This document shows positions 63,974 to 64,000 of a DNA stretch of 64,000 nucleotides, in pieces. The position numbers were made by a program, and so were the translations under genes. Origin of the DNA: a virus. Taxonomy: Duplodnaviria > Caudoviricetes. Under the pieces are notes generated by a model. The model ran no database searches. It saw nothing but the letters and a program-made list of their open reading frames with translations, and was not told the origin of the DNA. The DNA is taken from positions 12,247 through 76,246 of the IMG/VR virus record IMGVR_UViG_3300005582_000006. The stretch is one strand, 5' to 3'. The stretch's first letter is position 1; each line of letters begins with the position of its first letter.

Positions 63974-64000
63974 TTTTGTCAAATTGATCGTCAAAGCTAG

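Noticed and set aside
1-64000. Stop-codon reassignment (alternative genetic code)
   Set aside because: Standard-code ORFs tile the window densely, conserved genes are full length, and TAA, TAG and TGA all end genes.

Overview
AT-rich, densely coding window that looks like part of a large tailed-phage (Caudoviricetes) genome using the standard genetic code. The + strand block (1-23.2 kb) is a virion/tail module. It holds a 5'-truncated tape-measure-like giant protein of at least 4290 aa, two paralogous tail proteins, a 1362-aa hub/tip-like protein, a Cys/Thr-rich mucin-like protein and a small structural protein. The - strand block (23.2-63.7 kb) carries a ~10-kb glycosylation cluster with PhoH, and replication/recombination genes: SSB, an intein-less split DnaE with an exonuclease gene between the halves, primase, DnaB, RecA with a class-3-type intein, an SSAP and a Cas4/AddB-like nuclease. 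It also carries nucleotide metabolism genes (NrdJ, ThyX, dNMP kinase, NUDIX), a papain-like protease cassette, peptide deformylase, a RimI-like GNAT and several homing-type endonucleases. The most unusual items are: (i) the giant tape-measure protein, punctuated by repeated [FY]xxGG/DTVPAMLTPGEFV modules that separate host-like cargo (an HPD J-domain, PilC/GspF-N-like motifs); (ii) a possible phage virion-glycosylation system (many GTs plus a mucin-like virion protein); (iii) a Glu1 class 3 intein in the RecA P-loop; (iv) the split DnaE. All calls come from reading motifs by eye; no database searches were run.
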